DNA of 64,000 bases, from NCBI RefSeq assembly GCF_006345805.1, contig NW_021832280.1:51890-115889 (forward strand), read 5' to 3'. Below the pieces are notes generated by a model. That model was not told the DNA's origin. It worked only from the letters and a program-made list of their open reading frames with translations, and did no database searches. This DNA comes from Octopus sinensis (Eukaryota). Positions 23,580 through 36,010 of this stretch are shown one piece after another (position 1 is the stretch's first letter; every line of letters starts with the position of its first letter). The position numbers and the translations under genes were made by a program.

Positions 23580-25620
23580 TAAATATTAGGGAATAAATCC
23601 AAATTTACAGGGAAAAAATCAGATTTAGGATTAAATCCAATTTTATAGTAAAATATTATAAAATATTATTAGAGACAAAACCACTATTTTGCAAAACAAA
23701 CAAGGAAAGACTTAATCAATACATAAAATTTTAATAAATAGTCAAAAAAACCGCCACTACAATCGTTTCTTGTCTTGATCGACAATCTTCAGGTGGACTT
23801 CCAATCTAAAAAATCAATATTTTAAAATATAAAAATAATAATTTTAAAATAATTAAAGTATGAATGAAAAAATATAAGTATATAATCCATATATAACCTA
23901 TATATAATCCATATATAATCAATATATAAACAATATATAAACTAAAAAAACCTATCAACAATTAAATATAAAATATAAAATATAAGATATAAAAATAAAA
24001 CAAAACAAAAAAAAAATAATAAAATATAATAATAAACTATATATACACCCATACACATATACCTAATTATATATAACCATATCTAACTACATACACTAAA
24101 TCACACACCTATATATATATCCCTATACATACACATAAAAACGTCTAGGCAACTATAAATAAATAAAATAGCTAAATACTTCAACACAATACTTATTCAT
24201 ACTCCCACACACACACACATACAACCCACATTCACGCTCTAGAAAACGGACATCACTCAAAACTATGAACGGAGAAATGGAATAAATGGAATTAAAAATT
24301 ATATTCACTTGGTAAAACGAACACTACTTAAAAATTATGAATGAAACAATGCAATAAAACAACAGACATCGCAAATAGACACAAATTACTACGAATTCCT
24401 TAACAAACCTACCATGATAAACCAAAACTCATAAAAAATATAATGAAAATCTCCCTTTACTAAACTCTATAACAAACCTATATAGCAATCCCCCTAACCT
24501 AAACATTCACACAAATACACACACGTAACCACACACCCACGACATATACAAATACCCACACCACTTACACATACCAATACATACATATAAACCTCAACAT
24601 ATACTCCAAAAACCCACTCAACCCCACACAGACAAATAAACACAAAAATTATAAATGGATTCTTTTATAAAACTACCATGATAAGCTAAAACTCACAAAA
24701 CAGAAATGATAAAACCTCCCTTTACTAAACACTATAACATACTTATATAGCAATTCCTTTAACCTATACATTCACACACAAAAACACACGTAAACCACAC
24801 ACCCATAACAAATACAAACACCCACCCCACTCACACACACCCACAAGTACATATAAGCCTCAACATATACACCAAACAAAATTACTTTACCAAGGAACTT
24901 AACATATGTATAAAAAGTATAACCGCTCTGGAAACGAACATCTCTAAATTAATGAATGGAGAAATGAATAAATGGAATTAAAAATAATATTCACGTGGCA
25001 AAACGAACACCACTCAAAAATTATGAATGAAACAATGTAATAAAACAACCAACATCGAAAATAGACAAATTACTACGAATTCCCTAAAAAAACCATGATA
25101 AACCAAAACTCTTAAAAACATATAACGATAAAACCTCCCTTTGCTAAACCCTATAACAAACTTATATAGCAATCCCCCTAACCTAAACATTCACACACAA
25201 ATACACACACGTAAACCACAGACCCACGACTTATACACATACCTATACTAACTTTAAACCTCCATATACACCAAAACCCACTCCCTCCCACACAGACAAA
25301 TTAACACATACATCCCAAAACCTAAATAACAAACCCATATACACATTCACACACAAAACACACACACACGCAAAACACACACACACAACAGATACATATA
25401 CTCCCTCACATATACGCATATACATACTCACTAAACTCGATATATACAACAATATTTACACACCCCACTCATACAGATAAATAAATTATACAACTAAAAA
25501 CTCGCACACAATCTCATATACATAAACACTCCTATGAAAACAACATTAAATACATCGTAATTAACCAGAATATCAAAATAACAATATGACATAAGGATAA
25601 ATAAAATACATACTTACAAT
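23580..25620 (-). mobile_element. Non-coding hammerhead-bearing (Penelope-type) element with internal ~350-bp duplicated blocks
   Basis: G-poor + strand. Diverged direct repeats at about 24237-24600 and 24926-25290, and a partial third at 24670-24875. The HHR lies about 175 nt before an (AT)n tract. Confidence 0.5.
23754..23796 (-). ncRNA. Minimal type I hammerhead ribozyme motif
   Basis: The minus strand reads CCAC-CUGAAGA-UUGUC gaucaa GACAA-GAAA-C gauu GUA-GUGG. Core nucleotides are intact, with a 4-bp stem I, a 5-bp stem II and a minimal stem III. The stem II closing pair is U-A rather than the usual G-C. Confidence 0.7.
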
Positions 25621-25649
25621 TCAGTGTCAAATTATGAAGTGAAAATATA

Positions 25650-27070
25650 CTAGCATTATGACCCGTCGTTGCTGGGTTATAGTACTAGTGCATGTATATA
25701 TGTGTATATATATCTGTACATATTACATGTACATCTATATATATACATCTACACATAAAATACAAAATATAAAGTTATATCTTGATATCGCTAGTGATAA
25801 CAATACTCAAAATATATAACAAACTGGATCTTGCAATTTCGATCAATTGTATCTTTTCCTCCCTCTTGTATAGAAGTGTGGCTACAATCCAGCCTACCTC
25901 TACTTCTGAGGGGACACTTTAAATTTTTATCTGGGATGTAGGACGTCCCAGATATAAAGGTGAAAATAAAATATTTCCACTTTGCAAGGTTCGAGTCGAG
26001 TACTCCCTTGCATGCTCTGTTGACTTGAACCTTGCTTCTATTGTGGCGATTTACCGCGACTATCTTTCATAGTCGCACCAAGACACTTTTCGATGGTGCT
26101 TTCCTCCAGGTGTTCAAATCTTTTTTTTCTCTACATTGTATACGTTATAGACAATAGTCTTTTCTTTAATTTAATTTTTTATTTTGTCTGGTGGTGTTAT
26201 CCTAGATTCACCGTCTTTGTCGGTAATCAATCCGAAATAGGTTTGTATTTCTTCCATTTTAATTTTAATGATTTCGCGCCCGCTGACGGCTGCAGCGAAA
26301 TTCCTTTTTGGACTTTCTTCTATCGAAGGCATTCTAACGAAAATGCTTCTGTGTAAACGGTGAAAATATTGTCAATTTCCCCAAATGGGGATACAATTCA
26401 ATTTTTAAACAATAACCAAAGCTCCTTCTCCCAAAGGGGGAGGGTTACAGTTTACAATTATTTAACAAATGCAACACAACAACGTTTCCCTTACGAGGAA
26501 CCAACAAACGTGATAACAATAATTAAACAGTAATAATAATAACAACAGTACGCAGTTGAAGCTATAGTCCTTTATGTATAATAGTCCATCTGGACTATTC
26601 CATTTCTGCATGCTAATTTTATTTTCAATTTATTCCCATTCATGTGAAACCACTTATTCAAGTTCAAGTCATTGATGCAATTTTATACCAATTGCTATTT
26701 TTACTTTTGTTATGTTACGATTATATTATACTTTAGTTTGATTTTAATTATTACTTACTACATATAATTCAATTGTTATTATTATTTTTATTGTTAAAGT
26801 GAAAGCATCTGACATAAAATAGAGAAATATTTTTGTTTTACTTTTAACACGTAATACTGAAATAGTGGAGAAGATATGATATTGCTATGGGCTCGCTCTA
26901 GGCAAGAAGTTGAACATGTTTTTTGCCCATGAAACTACATAGGCCCCAAGTAAGGCATGTGTAAAATTTGAATGAAATTGTTTGTGTAGTTCTCAAGTTT
27001 TAGGGAAACACACAGACGGACGGACAGACAGACAGACAGACACACATTCTCAGTTTTATATATATAGAGA
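25650..27070 (-). mobile_element. Non-autonomous Helitron, about 1.4 kb
   Basis: Minus 5' end TCTCTATATATATAAAACTGAGAATGTGTGTCTGTC, similar to the 15641-16029 element. 3' hairpin ACCCAGCAACGACGGGT followed by CTAG. A/T insertion site. Confidence 0.75.
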
Positions 27071-27346
27071 TATACATGTACATAATCATACATACATACA
27101 AAGTGATAGAATAATGTGATCCCTAAAGATCTTAACACAGGAAGTTACGAAAGCATGCTTGCAACTTGTATAGGTGACAAAAGGGGGATAACATATGATG
27201 AACAAAGTTTATTATCTGACATATTATACACTTTGCCCCATATCAAAATAAATGGAAATTTGAATGCGATAACTCTTGCTAAACCATGTGGTGTATAGTG
27301 GTGCTCATCGTACTGAAGTTACCATCTAACTATATACACAGATATA

Positions 27347-27708
27347 TATTAAGAAAAAGGAAGTAGTCAGAATACTGGATAATTATTTATTTAGGGCTTT
27401 CATATTTTTTTGAGATATTTATCAAGAATCATTTAGTTACAGAAAATTCATGGTTTTATACATATGAGGGTTTGTTAAAAAAATCTGGAGTTGAATTGCA
27501 AAGAGAAAGTTCTTTTTATTTTGAATCTATGTATGTGTGTATAAGTTTTTGTGGTGAATTTTTGGAGGCTTGGTTAGACAGATAAAAAGAGCAAAAGAAA
27601 TAAAGAAATGAAAAGATAAGAAGGAAGAAAGAAAAAGAGAAAGACAACTTTCCTTTCATTTTTTTCTGGGTAATAACCAAAATTCTGACTACTTCCTTGT
27701 TCTTAATA
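27347..27708. mobile_element. ~360-bp element bounded by ~37-bp inverted repeats
   Basis: TATTAAGAAAAAGGAAGTAGTCAGAAT.. pairs with ..ATTCTGACTACTTCCTTGTTCTTAATA. It sits in a TA-rich context. Confidence 0.6.
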
Positions 27709-27749
27709 CATAAAATCTATACACCACTTCAAACAGTATATATATATAT

Positions 27750-28345
27750 ATTGTAGTTTCAGCTCAGAGCTGTGGCCCTGCCATTTTGCTACACTGTTAT
27801 TATTGAGAGCTTCCTCTAATATGTGGCATTTGGTGACTAAGAGAGTTTGATATTGCTGCCCTCATTTGTACCTCTTGCCACGAGATAGGTTTCTTTGGGA
27901 CTCTCAACAGGAAGAGATCCAGTTTTCATTTGAAAACGCCTACATTCACTTTGTGTTGGTCCCTCAGGTTCTTTCAGAGAATAATAAAAAGCTGTGGGCC
28001 CTTGAAACCCAGGCTTTTGCAGAAGCTGGTCCTGAAGCGTGATGGCATTGCTGGGATCTTTGGCACTGTGCAGCGTCGTCCCGTTCTGGCATTGGTGTAG
28101 CTGTCAATGCCAAAATTTGGCACAATTCCTTCCAGGATCTTCCAGACATATATTACTGCATACCTCTCCCGTCTTCTCTCCAGGGATTAGAGTCTTAGCT
28201 GTTTCAACCTTTCCCAGTAGCTGAGCTGTTGCAAAGAGACGATCTTCTTTGTGAATCTTCTCTGGATTGCTTCAAGGTCCGCTGTTAATTTTACACTGTT
28301 GGGTGACGATTGCTGGGAGCAGTTGTCCAGGTAGCTGAGGATAAA
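27750..28345 (-). mobile_element. CR1/L2-group LINE 3' end
   Basis: Reads LEAIQRRFTKKIVSLQQLSYWERLKQLRL.SLERRRERY..KGPQLF..FKMKLDLFL. Confidence 0.85.
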
Positions 28346-28470
28346 TGTGTACACACACACACACTCACACACACACACAAACACACACACATATATATAT
28401 ACATATACATATATATATACATACATGCATACATACATACATACATACATTTATATACACACACACACAC

Positions 28471-28521
<51 letters not shown>

Positions 28522-28851
28522 GAGGCCATCATCATCATCATAATCTTTTAACATCTGTTTTCCATGCCAGAAATGGGTTGGATGGTTTGATGTCAGTGCT
28601 CTAATGTCTGCTTTGGTAGGAGTTCATCACCACACCCACTAGCACCACCACCATCACAACCATTATCTCACCAACACCCCCACTACAACTATTACTAGAC
28701 TACAGTGCTGTGTTTTATATTTCAATATTTGTTGTCTAAACCCCAAAATTAGTCAAAATATTCCTGCATTGTTTTTTTTTTAAACTTTCAACAGAAAGGG
28801 TTCATAATTTTATTTTAATTCTGAAATATTTGATTTCTGTTTGAACTTTAG

Positions 28852-28985
28852 AACCAATCCCAGATACATGGTCACCAATGGAAGATGGGGAATTAATTAA
28901 AATTGTTCCAGTCAAAAATGGACCAGAATATGATGACATCCAGGCCACTTTCAGTCGGAATTTGCCTTCCTATCGTATAATCAAA
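28852..28985 (+). CDS. PARP14-like: PARP14/15-like, exon encoding the start of the ART domain
   Basis: Acceptor tttAG at 28850-28851. Reads (E)PIPDTWSPMEDGELIKIVPVKNGPEYDDIQATFSRNLPSYRIIK. Phase-0 donor gtttgt. The P..W..M and EY..I...F motifs are typical of this family. Confidence 0.9.
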
Positions 28986-29669
28986 GTTTGTATTTTCTAC
29001 TTCTATTTATTGTTTGTATAAAAGATTTAAATCTCATTACATCAACCTATTTTGGATGGCTTATTGTCATCATCATCATCATCATTGTTAGCATAGGTTG
29101 GCTGGTTTGACAAGAGTTAGCCAGCTTGAGGGCTCTCCAGGCTCCATTTGTCTGTTTTGGCATTGTTTCTATAGTTAGATGCCTTTTCTAATGACAACCA
29201 CTTTACATGGCACCAGCACACATGAGCCTGCAAGATTAGGATCTCGCAGCTGAGAAAGGGATGTAGAAGATGTGCCTGTACGCATAGTTGGCCATGATAT
29301 TACTTAGCTCAGCAAACTGTCAAAGTCTTGGTTCCTTGTCATCTCTGTGAGGCCCAACGTCTGAAAATCCTTTCTCACCACTTCATCACAGCCCAAGTCT
29401 CACTGCCATGTCGCATAGCTATTCATACACAGGCATCATGCAACCTGCCTTTATTCTGAGGGAAAGGCCCTTTGTTACAAACAAAGTTTGAAATATTAGG
29501 TTTAGCTCTGAGCTTTGGCCAACCCATTTTTATTCTAGCCACTACACAACATTTGGTATCAAATAAAACCAAAAGCAGATAAGGTTGGTGGATTTCACCA
29601 CAAACGTTATTTCCTTGTCAAAGAAGTGAACTGATTGTTTTTTCATAAATGTATTTTCCTTTTCTACAG

Positions 29670-29847
29670 ATTGAGAGAATTCAAAATAAAACATTGTACC
29701 AGGGATACCAAGCATTGAAAAGAAAATTTGAGGTAGAAAATCCAAACATTACAAATGAAGTTGATGGCCTTTGGCATGGTACTGCTGAAGGATCTATTGA
29801 TGGAATAAATAAATCAGGATTCAACCGTAGCTATTGTGGTAAAAACG
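29670..29847 (+). CDS. PARP14-like: PARP14/15-like, ART-domain exon with the catalytic His
   Basis: Acceptor ttttctacAG. Reads IERIQNKTLYQGY..NEVDGLWHGT..INKSGFNRSYCGKN. Phase-1 donor G|gtaagt. Confidence 0.95.
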
Positions 29848-29869
29848 GTAAGTATATTATAATCAACAT

Positions 29870-31345
29870 CATCATCATCATCTACCCACCCTTCCTATTG
29901 TCCTGAGCTGGACAGTCACTCTCCACATTGATTGCTGTTTAGAATCCTTTCTCACACAGAGAGGACAGAGGAAGACCAAAGGTCTCGGTCGTTAGTCATT
30001 ACCTCTGTGAGGCCCAAAGTTCGAAGATCATGCTTCACCACCTCATCTTATGTCTTCTTGGGTCTACCTCTACCACAGGTTCCCTCCACAGTTAGAGTTT
30101 GCCACTTTTTTACACAGCTGTTCTTGTCCAAACGCATCACATGACCATACCAGCACAGTCGTCTCTCTTGTACACCACATCTGATTCCTCTTATGCCCAA
30201 CTTTTCCCTCAAGATACTTACACTCTGTCGAACATGCACACTGATATTGCACATCCAACGGATCATGCTAGCTTCATTTCTTTCAAGCCTACACATGTCC
30301 TCAGCTGTCACAGCCCATGTTTTACTGCCATGCAGCACAGCTGTTTGCATACAGGCATCAATCTGCCTTTCACTCTGAGAGAGAGAGAGGCCCTTTGTTG
30401 TCAGCAGATGTAGGAGCTCTATGAACTTTGCTCAGCCTATTCTTATTCTCACAACTATGCTCTCAGAGCATCCAACTCCGCTACTGACTTGGTCACCTAG
30501 GTAACGGAAGTTATCAACTTCTTCTAGCTTCCCCCACTGGCATGTGATGGAGTCTATTTTCTGTATATTTTTAGTGTTTATTGTACTTTTCCACTTTTCA
30601 CACACAAAAGATATTTTCTCTGTTTTAATCATTCTCTGATATTGCTGCACCTTTTATGAGTCCATAGCTTACACTCTGTACATCTTATGGAATTTCTACC
30701 TATGCCTCTTCTATGGATAGAGCAGGGCTATCAACCAGAAAAAAATTGTAATTTGTCTGCTCCCCTACTTACTAAGACTTTAGTTTTGCTAAGTTAATTT
30801 GATTCTAGTCCTTGTTTCCACACCTGAAATTTCTTCTCTAGTTCTGGTAGTGATTCAGCTATAAGAGCAAGGTCATCAGTATAGAGGAGATCCCAGGGGC
30901 AGCCTGTCTTAAATTCTTCTGTTATTGCCTGGAGGACTATGATGTGCAAACGGGGGCTGAGGACTGATCCTTGATGAACTCCAACTTGTTGTCTGAATTC
31001 CTTGTTATATTTATTGCTAACTTTCATCTTACTGACAGTTTCACTGTACATGGCTTGTACAGCTCTCACCAACCACTTATCTGCCCTGAGCTCCCTCATT
31101 GACCACCAGATAAGGAAGCAGACAAAATCCAGGTACAGAAGTTTAATTTTGATTAAATACTTCTGCAGTTGCCTAACCAGGAATATGGCATCAGTCGTGA
31201 TCTTTCCTGGCACAAATCCAAACTGCATTTCATCTATGCTAACTCTCTTCCTGATTAATTGAGGTGTGACACTTTCTGTGACTTTCACCATTTGATCCAG
31301 CAATCCGATGCCTCTGTAATTATTTGTGTCTAAGGCATGTTCCAC
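29870..31345 (-). mobile_element. Decayed RTE LINE (RT to 3' end)
   Basis: ORFs 30794-31345 (NYRGI, QFGFVPG..TTDAIF, GVHQGSVLSP, LYTDD), 30432-30650 and 30048-30350 (RRLCWYGHV..RGRPKKT). (CAT)n tail at about 29868. Confidence 0.9.
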
Positions 31346-31989
31346 AATTGACAGCTCTAGTGAAATGCTTAGATTTATCTTTTAAATACCCAGCAAAAGG
31401 CTGCAGCAGGTTGAATCTTATGAGCTGTATTATGACCAATCAGCATGTGGCTTCAATGTCACAGTTTGGTGGGTGCACCAACTACATTCTAATAGTATTT
31501 TGACCTATCAGTATGTGGCTTAGATGTCACAGCTTGGTAGGTACATCAAAGATTCTTTACTTTGACTGCACCTAAAGGAATAATTGTTTGGCTATATTTT
31601 GGAATGTTGTAAACAACATTCTTGTTTTCATTGAATTCTTTTGTTATTATTCCAGAAATATTTACATTTCAATTTAGTCTATGGTCATATGCTCAGTGCT
31701 ACTACCATCCTAATCATCACCTTTTTTTTTTTGTTGTTGTTAGAGGTGGTAGTGGTGGTATCAGTGGCTGCAGCAGTACTATTTATTATTATTATCAGCA
31801 TCATCATTATAATTATCACCATTACTATAACTGTCCATTTAAAACAGGTTCGAATTTATCAATAGAATTCTTTTCTCTGACTTTTCTCTCAAGTTTACTT
31901 GTGTTGTATAGTTTACAGAATGGAAATATTATAAACATTTTCTACTTACATGTTGCCACTTGGTTGTTTAAAGGGATCTGATCAACATA

Positions 31990-34230
31990 TGTCTCTTGGT
32001 AGATAAAGCAATTAAAGACATGAAGACAGGGAAAGCCCCCCCCCCAGCCCTTCAGGAATCACTGCAGAGATGCTTCAAACATCTGGTGGTGTAGGTTATG
32101 GTCTAGTCACCCATATAGTCAATCAGTTGGTCCATGAAGGAGCCATACCCAATGACTGGTGTAGCAGCACTATAGTCAACTGCTACAAAGGTAAAGGTGA
32201 CATATTACATAGGAATAATAAGGCGGCGAGCTGGCAGAAACGTTAGCACGCCGGGCAAAATGCGTAGCCATATTTCGTCTGCTGCTACATTCTGAGTTCA
32301 AATTCCGCCAAGGTCGACTTTGCCTTTCATCCTTTCGGGGTCGATAAATTAAGTACCAGTTAAGCACTGGGGTCGATATAATCGTCTTAATCCATTTATC
32401 TGTCCTTGTTTGTTCCCTCTGTGTTTAGCCCCTTGTGGGTAATAAAGAAACCATTAAATAGGAATAATTACAGAAGTATCAAATTGTTGGTTCAAGTGAT
32501 GAAAGTTGAGGAAAGAGTTATAACCCAACTAATCAGGGAGAGAGTTAGTCTAGATGAGATGCAGTTTGGCTTTGTGCAAGGTAGAAGCACCACTGATGCT
32601 AAATTTCTGGTAAGGCAACTGCAGGAGAAATACCTAGCCAAATACCTCTGTACTTGGCTTTTGTTGACTTGGAGAAAGCCTTTGACAGAGTCCCCCGATC
32701 TGTTATCTGGTGGTCAATGCAGAAACTAGGAATAGATGAGTGGTTGGTGAGAGTTGTATAAACCACGTACAGAGATGCTACCAGTAAGGTGAAGGTGGGC
32801 AACGAGTACAGTGAAGAATTCAGGGTAGAAGTAGGGGTTTACCAAGGATTTATCCTAAGCTTTCTCTTGTTCCTCATAGTCCTCCAGACAATATCAGAGG
32901 AATTAAACACAGGCTGTCCCTGGTAACTCCTCTATGCCGATGACCTTGCTCTTATAGCTGAATCACTACCAGAACTACAGAAGTTCCAGGTATAGAAGCA
33001 AGATCTAGAATCAAAGGGCCATAAGAGTTAATCTAACCTTTGGACACATAAAAGGTGCAGCAATATCAGAGGAAGGTTAACAGGTAAAACAGCTTTTGTA
33101 TGTGGAAGATGCACTCGTACAATAAACACTGAAAACGTACAGAAAATAGACTCCATCAATTGCCATGGAAGTAAGCTAGAGGTAGTAGATTGCTTCTGTT
33201 ACCTAGGTAACCAAGTTAGTAGCAAAGATGGATGCTCTGAGAATAACATTAAGATGGGCAAAGTTCAGACAGCTCCTATCCGTGCTCACAACAAAAGGCC
33301 TCTCCCTCACAGTGAAAGGCAGATTGTATGATGCCAGTGTATGAACAGCTATGCTACATGGCAGTGAAACATGGGCTGTGACACCCAAGGAAATGTGTAG
33401 GCTTGATGACATTGCACTGGATGTGCAAAGTCAGTGTGCATGTTCGACAGTATGTAAACATCTTGAGAGAAAAGTTAGGCATAAGAGGCATCAGATGTGA
33501 TGTACAAGAGAGATGAATGCACTGGTATGGTCATGTGATGTGTTTGGACGAGGACAGCCATGTAAAGAAGTGCTGATCTCTGTGGTAGAGGTAGACCCCA
33601 AGATGACATGGGATGAGATAGTGAAGCATGATCTTCAAACTTTGGGCCTTACAGAAGCAATGACTAGTGACTGAGAGCTTTGGCAAAAGGCTGTGTTTGA
33701 GAAGACCTGTCAAGCCAAGTGAAATCAGTTGTGGCTGATGCTGGTGTTATGTAACTGCCACCCATGCTGGTGGCACACAAAGAGCACCTTTTGAGTGTTG
33801 GGCCTCACAGAGGCAGTGACAAAGACCTTTGTCCTTATGATATGCTTGAGAAGAAGACTCATCAAGCCAAGTGAAATCGCAGTTGTGGCAGATACTGGTG
33901 GCACAAAAGCACCTTCCAAGTGTTGGGCCTCACAGAGGCAATGACTGACACCTTTAGCATTATGTTGCACTTGAGAAGACCCATCAAGCAAGATAAAACC
34001 ACAGTCGTGGCAGATACTGGTGTCATGTAAATTGCACCTGTGTTGATGGCTTGAAAAAACACCCATTACACTTTCGGAGTAGTTAGTGTTAGGAAGGGTA
34101 TCCAGCGGTAGAAACCATGCCAAATCAGACTGGAGTCTGGTGCAGCCTTCCACCATGCCAGCCCTGGTCAAACCATCTGACCCATACCAGCATGGACAAT
34201 GGACATTAAATGATGACGATGATGTTGATG
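31990..34230 (+). mobile_element. Decayed RTE LINE (RT to 3' UTR with internal repeats and a GAT tail)
   Basis: Motifs MKTGKAP..PSGITAEML, NYRSIKL, QFGFVQGRSTTDA and LYADD. The tail ends ..AAATGATGACGATGATG. Confidence 0.9.
32220..32452 (+). mobile_element. tRNA-derived SINE nested in the RTE, with TSD
   Basis: A box TGGCAGAAACG and B box GAGTTCAAATTCC. ~16-bp TSD ATTA(C/A)ATAGGAATAAT at 32204-32219 and 32453-32468. Confidence 0.9.
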
Positions 34231-34468
34231 AATTTGGACATTTTGAGCCTACACTCTTCAACAGAAAGGAATAAGAGAAAATAACCAGAAACTGAATATT
34301 CAGTGTTACTACTGTTTTAACCCTAGGTAGATCTGCCAGCTGGTTATAAGTGCAGCCTGTTCCCTGTATATAACTTTACTTGTAGTTACTACTCTCACCC
34401 TTTATTGAGATTTTACAACTAGCTACTTTGCTTATATATTTATCTTTTTTTTCTTTCTTTATTTTTAG

Positions 34469-34734
34469 CCACCGCATTTGGGAATGGAGTTTATTTTGCC
34501 AGACGCATCCGTTATTCTGCAAATGATAAATATTCTGTTCCTGACGCTAACAAAACAAAGAGAATATACAAATGCAGTGTTCTTGTGGGAAGAATGATGC
34601 AAGGACACCGGAGATTAAAAGTTTTACAGGATTCTTACAATTCTGCTGTTGATGATATTCAAAGACCCAGGATTTATGTTGTTTTCCATGACTTTCAGGC
34701 ATATCCTAATTATTTGATTACATTCTCTGTTTGA
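34469..34734 (+). CDS. PARP14-like: PARP14/15-like, last coding exon (ART C-terminus, stop TGA)
   Basis: Polypyrimidine acceptor tttttAG. Reads (A)TAFGNGVYFARRIRYSANDKYSVPD..CSVLVG..YNSAVDDIQRPRIYVVFHDFQAYPNYLITFSV*. The four exons total 948 nt, in frame. Confidence 0.95.
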
Positions 34735-34810
34735 AAATGAAGTCTTTCGTAACACTAAAACTATTCAAATTTGTATACGCTGAAACTATGCAGACTTGTC
34801 ACACTAAAAC

Positions 34811-35652
34811 TACATGTAATCAACAGTATCTGACCTTGATTGTTTTTGCACAAAATAATTATGTGTGAGCAAAATCCATATGGTTAAGTAACCATGTCCT
34901 TCATGAGCATGTGCAAAAACTTTCATGCCTGCAGTGACACATTGAGTACAGACGTGGAGAGTGTGCTGTGTGACTTTCCTTTTTTGAGTGAAGATAACTG
35001 AGAGCATTGAGCAAAGATACTCAATCAAATTCTGCCCAAAACTTGGTGATACGCCAGCCCAAACTATCGAGAAGATTCAGGTGTTTGGAGATGATGCCAG
35101 GGGGAAAACACAAATGAAGGAATGGTTCAGCCAGTTCAAAGATGGCTGCACCTCAGTGGACAGTGAGCCATGAATATGCACCACAAGGTCAGACAATTAA
35201 CAAAGAATACTACGTGGGTATTCTTCATCACCTTTGTGAAACTGTGTGACAAAAACAACCCGACCTGTGGGCAGCAAAGAACTGACAACTCCAACATGAC
35301 AATGCACCCACTCCTTCTACCTACATCGTCCAAGCATCAAGCAAAACACACCACTTGTTCATCAGGCTTCCTACTTCCCAGACTTGGCTCTGTGTGACTT
35401 TTCGCTGTTCCCAAAGCTCAAAATAACATTCAAAGAGGGAAGATTTGAGTCAACAGAAGACATTAAACAAAATTCAACATCACAGCTCTACGGAATCCTC
35501 AAAAGTGGTTTCCAGAAATGTTTCCGGCAGTAGCAGGAACACTGGCTGAAGTATGTAGACTCCCAAGGCAAATACTTTGAAGGGGACGAAATCAAAATGG
35601 TGAATCTTTTAATAATACTTATCTTTTGGATATTTTTTGACTACACCTCATA
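34811..35652 (+). mobile_element. Internally deleted mariner transposon relic just downstream of the PARP stop codon
   Basis: N-terminal HTH segment EQRYSIKFCPKLG..EWFSQFKDG..SVDSEP joined to HEYAPQGQTINKEYY..HDNAP..YFPDLALCDFSLFPKLK..GKYFEGD. Degenerate TIRs with TA ends. Confidence 0.85.
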
Positions 35653-35689
35653 TTCAGATTTTTAACACTAAAACTATTCAAATTTGTAA

Positions 35690-36010
35690 TGGCTCAGTGG
35701 TTAGAACATTGGGCTCCCAAACACGAGGTAGTGAGTTCAATTCCTGGTCTGGGCTGTGTGTTGTATTCTTCAGCAAAACATTTTATTTCATGTTGCTCCA
35801 CTCCACTCAGCTGTAGAAATGAGTTGCAATGTCACTGGTGCCAAGCTGTGTCAACCTTTGCTTTTCTCTTGGATAACATTAGTGACATGGAAGAGGGAGG
35901 CTGGTACTGATGGGTGACTGCTGGTCTTTCGTAAGCAGTTTTGTTCAGATTTGTGCATTGGAGGAGAACTTTCTAAGTGCAGTCCCATGGTCATTTATGA
36001 GCAAAGGGGG
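35690..36010 (+). mobile_element. tRNA-derived SINE with a 12-bp TSD
   Basis: A box TGGCTCAGTGG and B box GAGTTCAATTCC. TSD TCAAATTTGTAA at 35678-35689 and 36011-36022. Confidence 0.88.

Noticed and set aside
23830-25620. Mitochondrial insertion (NUMT) or control region
   Set aside because: The G-poor skew resembles mtDNA, but no mitochondrial tRNA, rRNA or protein motif is recognisable.
27385-27435. Another hammerhead on the minus strand (TTGATAA-ATAT..ATAT-GAAA)
   Set aside because: There are too many core mismatches in AT-rich sequence; it could arise by chance.
31431-31548. ~50-bp direct repeat pair as a regulatory element
   Set aside because: Only two diverged copies; most likely a local duplication within an unclassified repeat.
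35690-35760. tRNA gene
   Set aside because: A and B boxes are present, but there is no complete cloverleaf. It continues into a SINE body flanked by a TSD.
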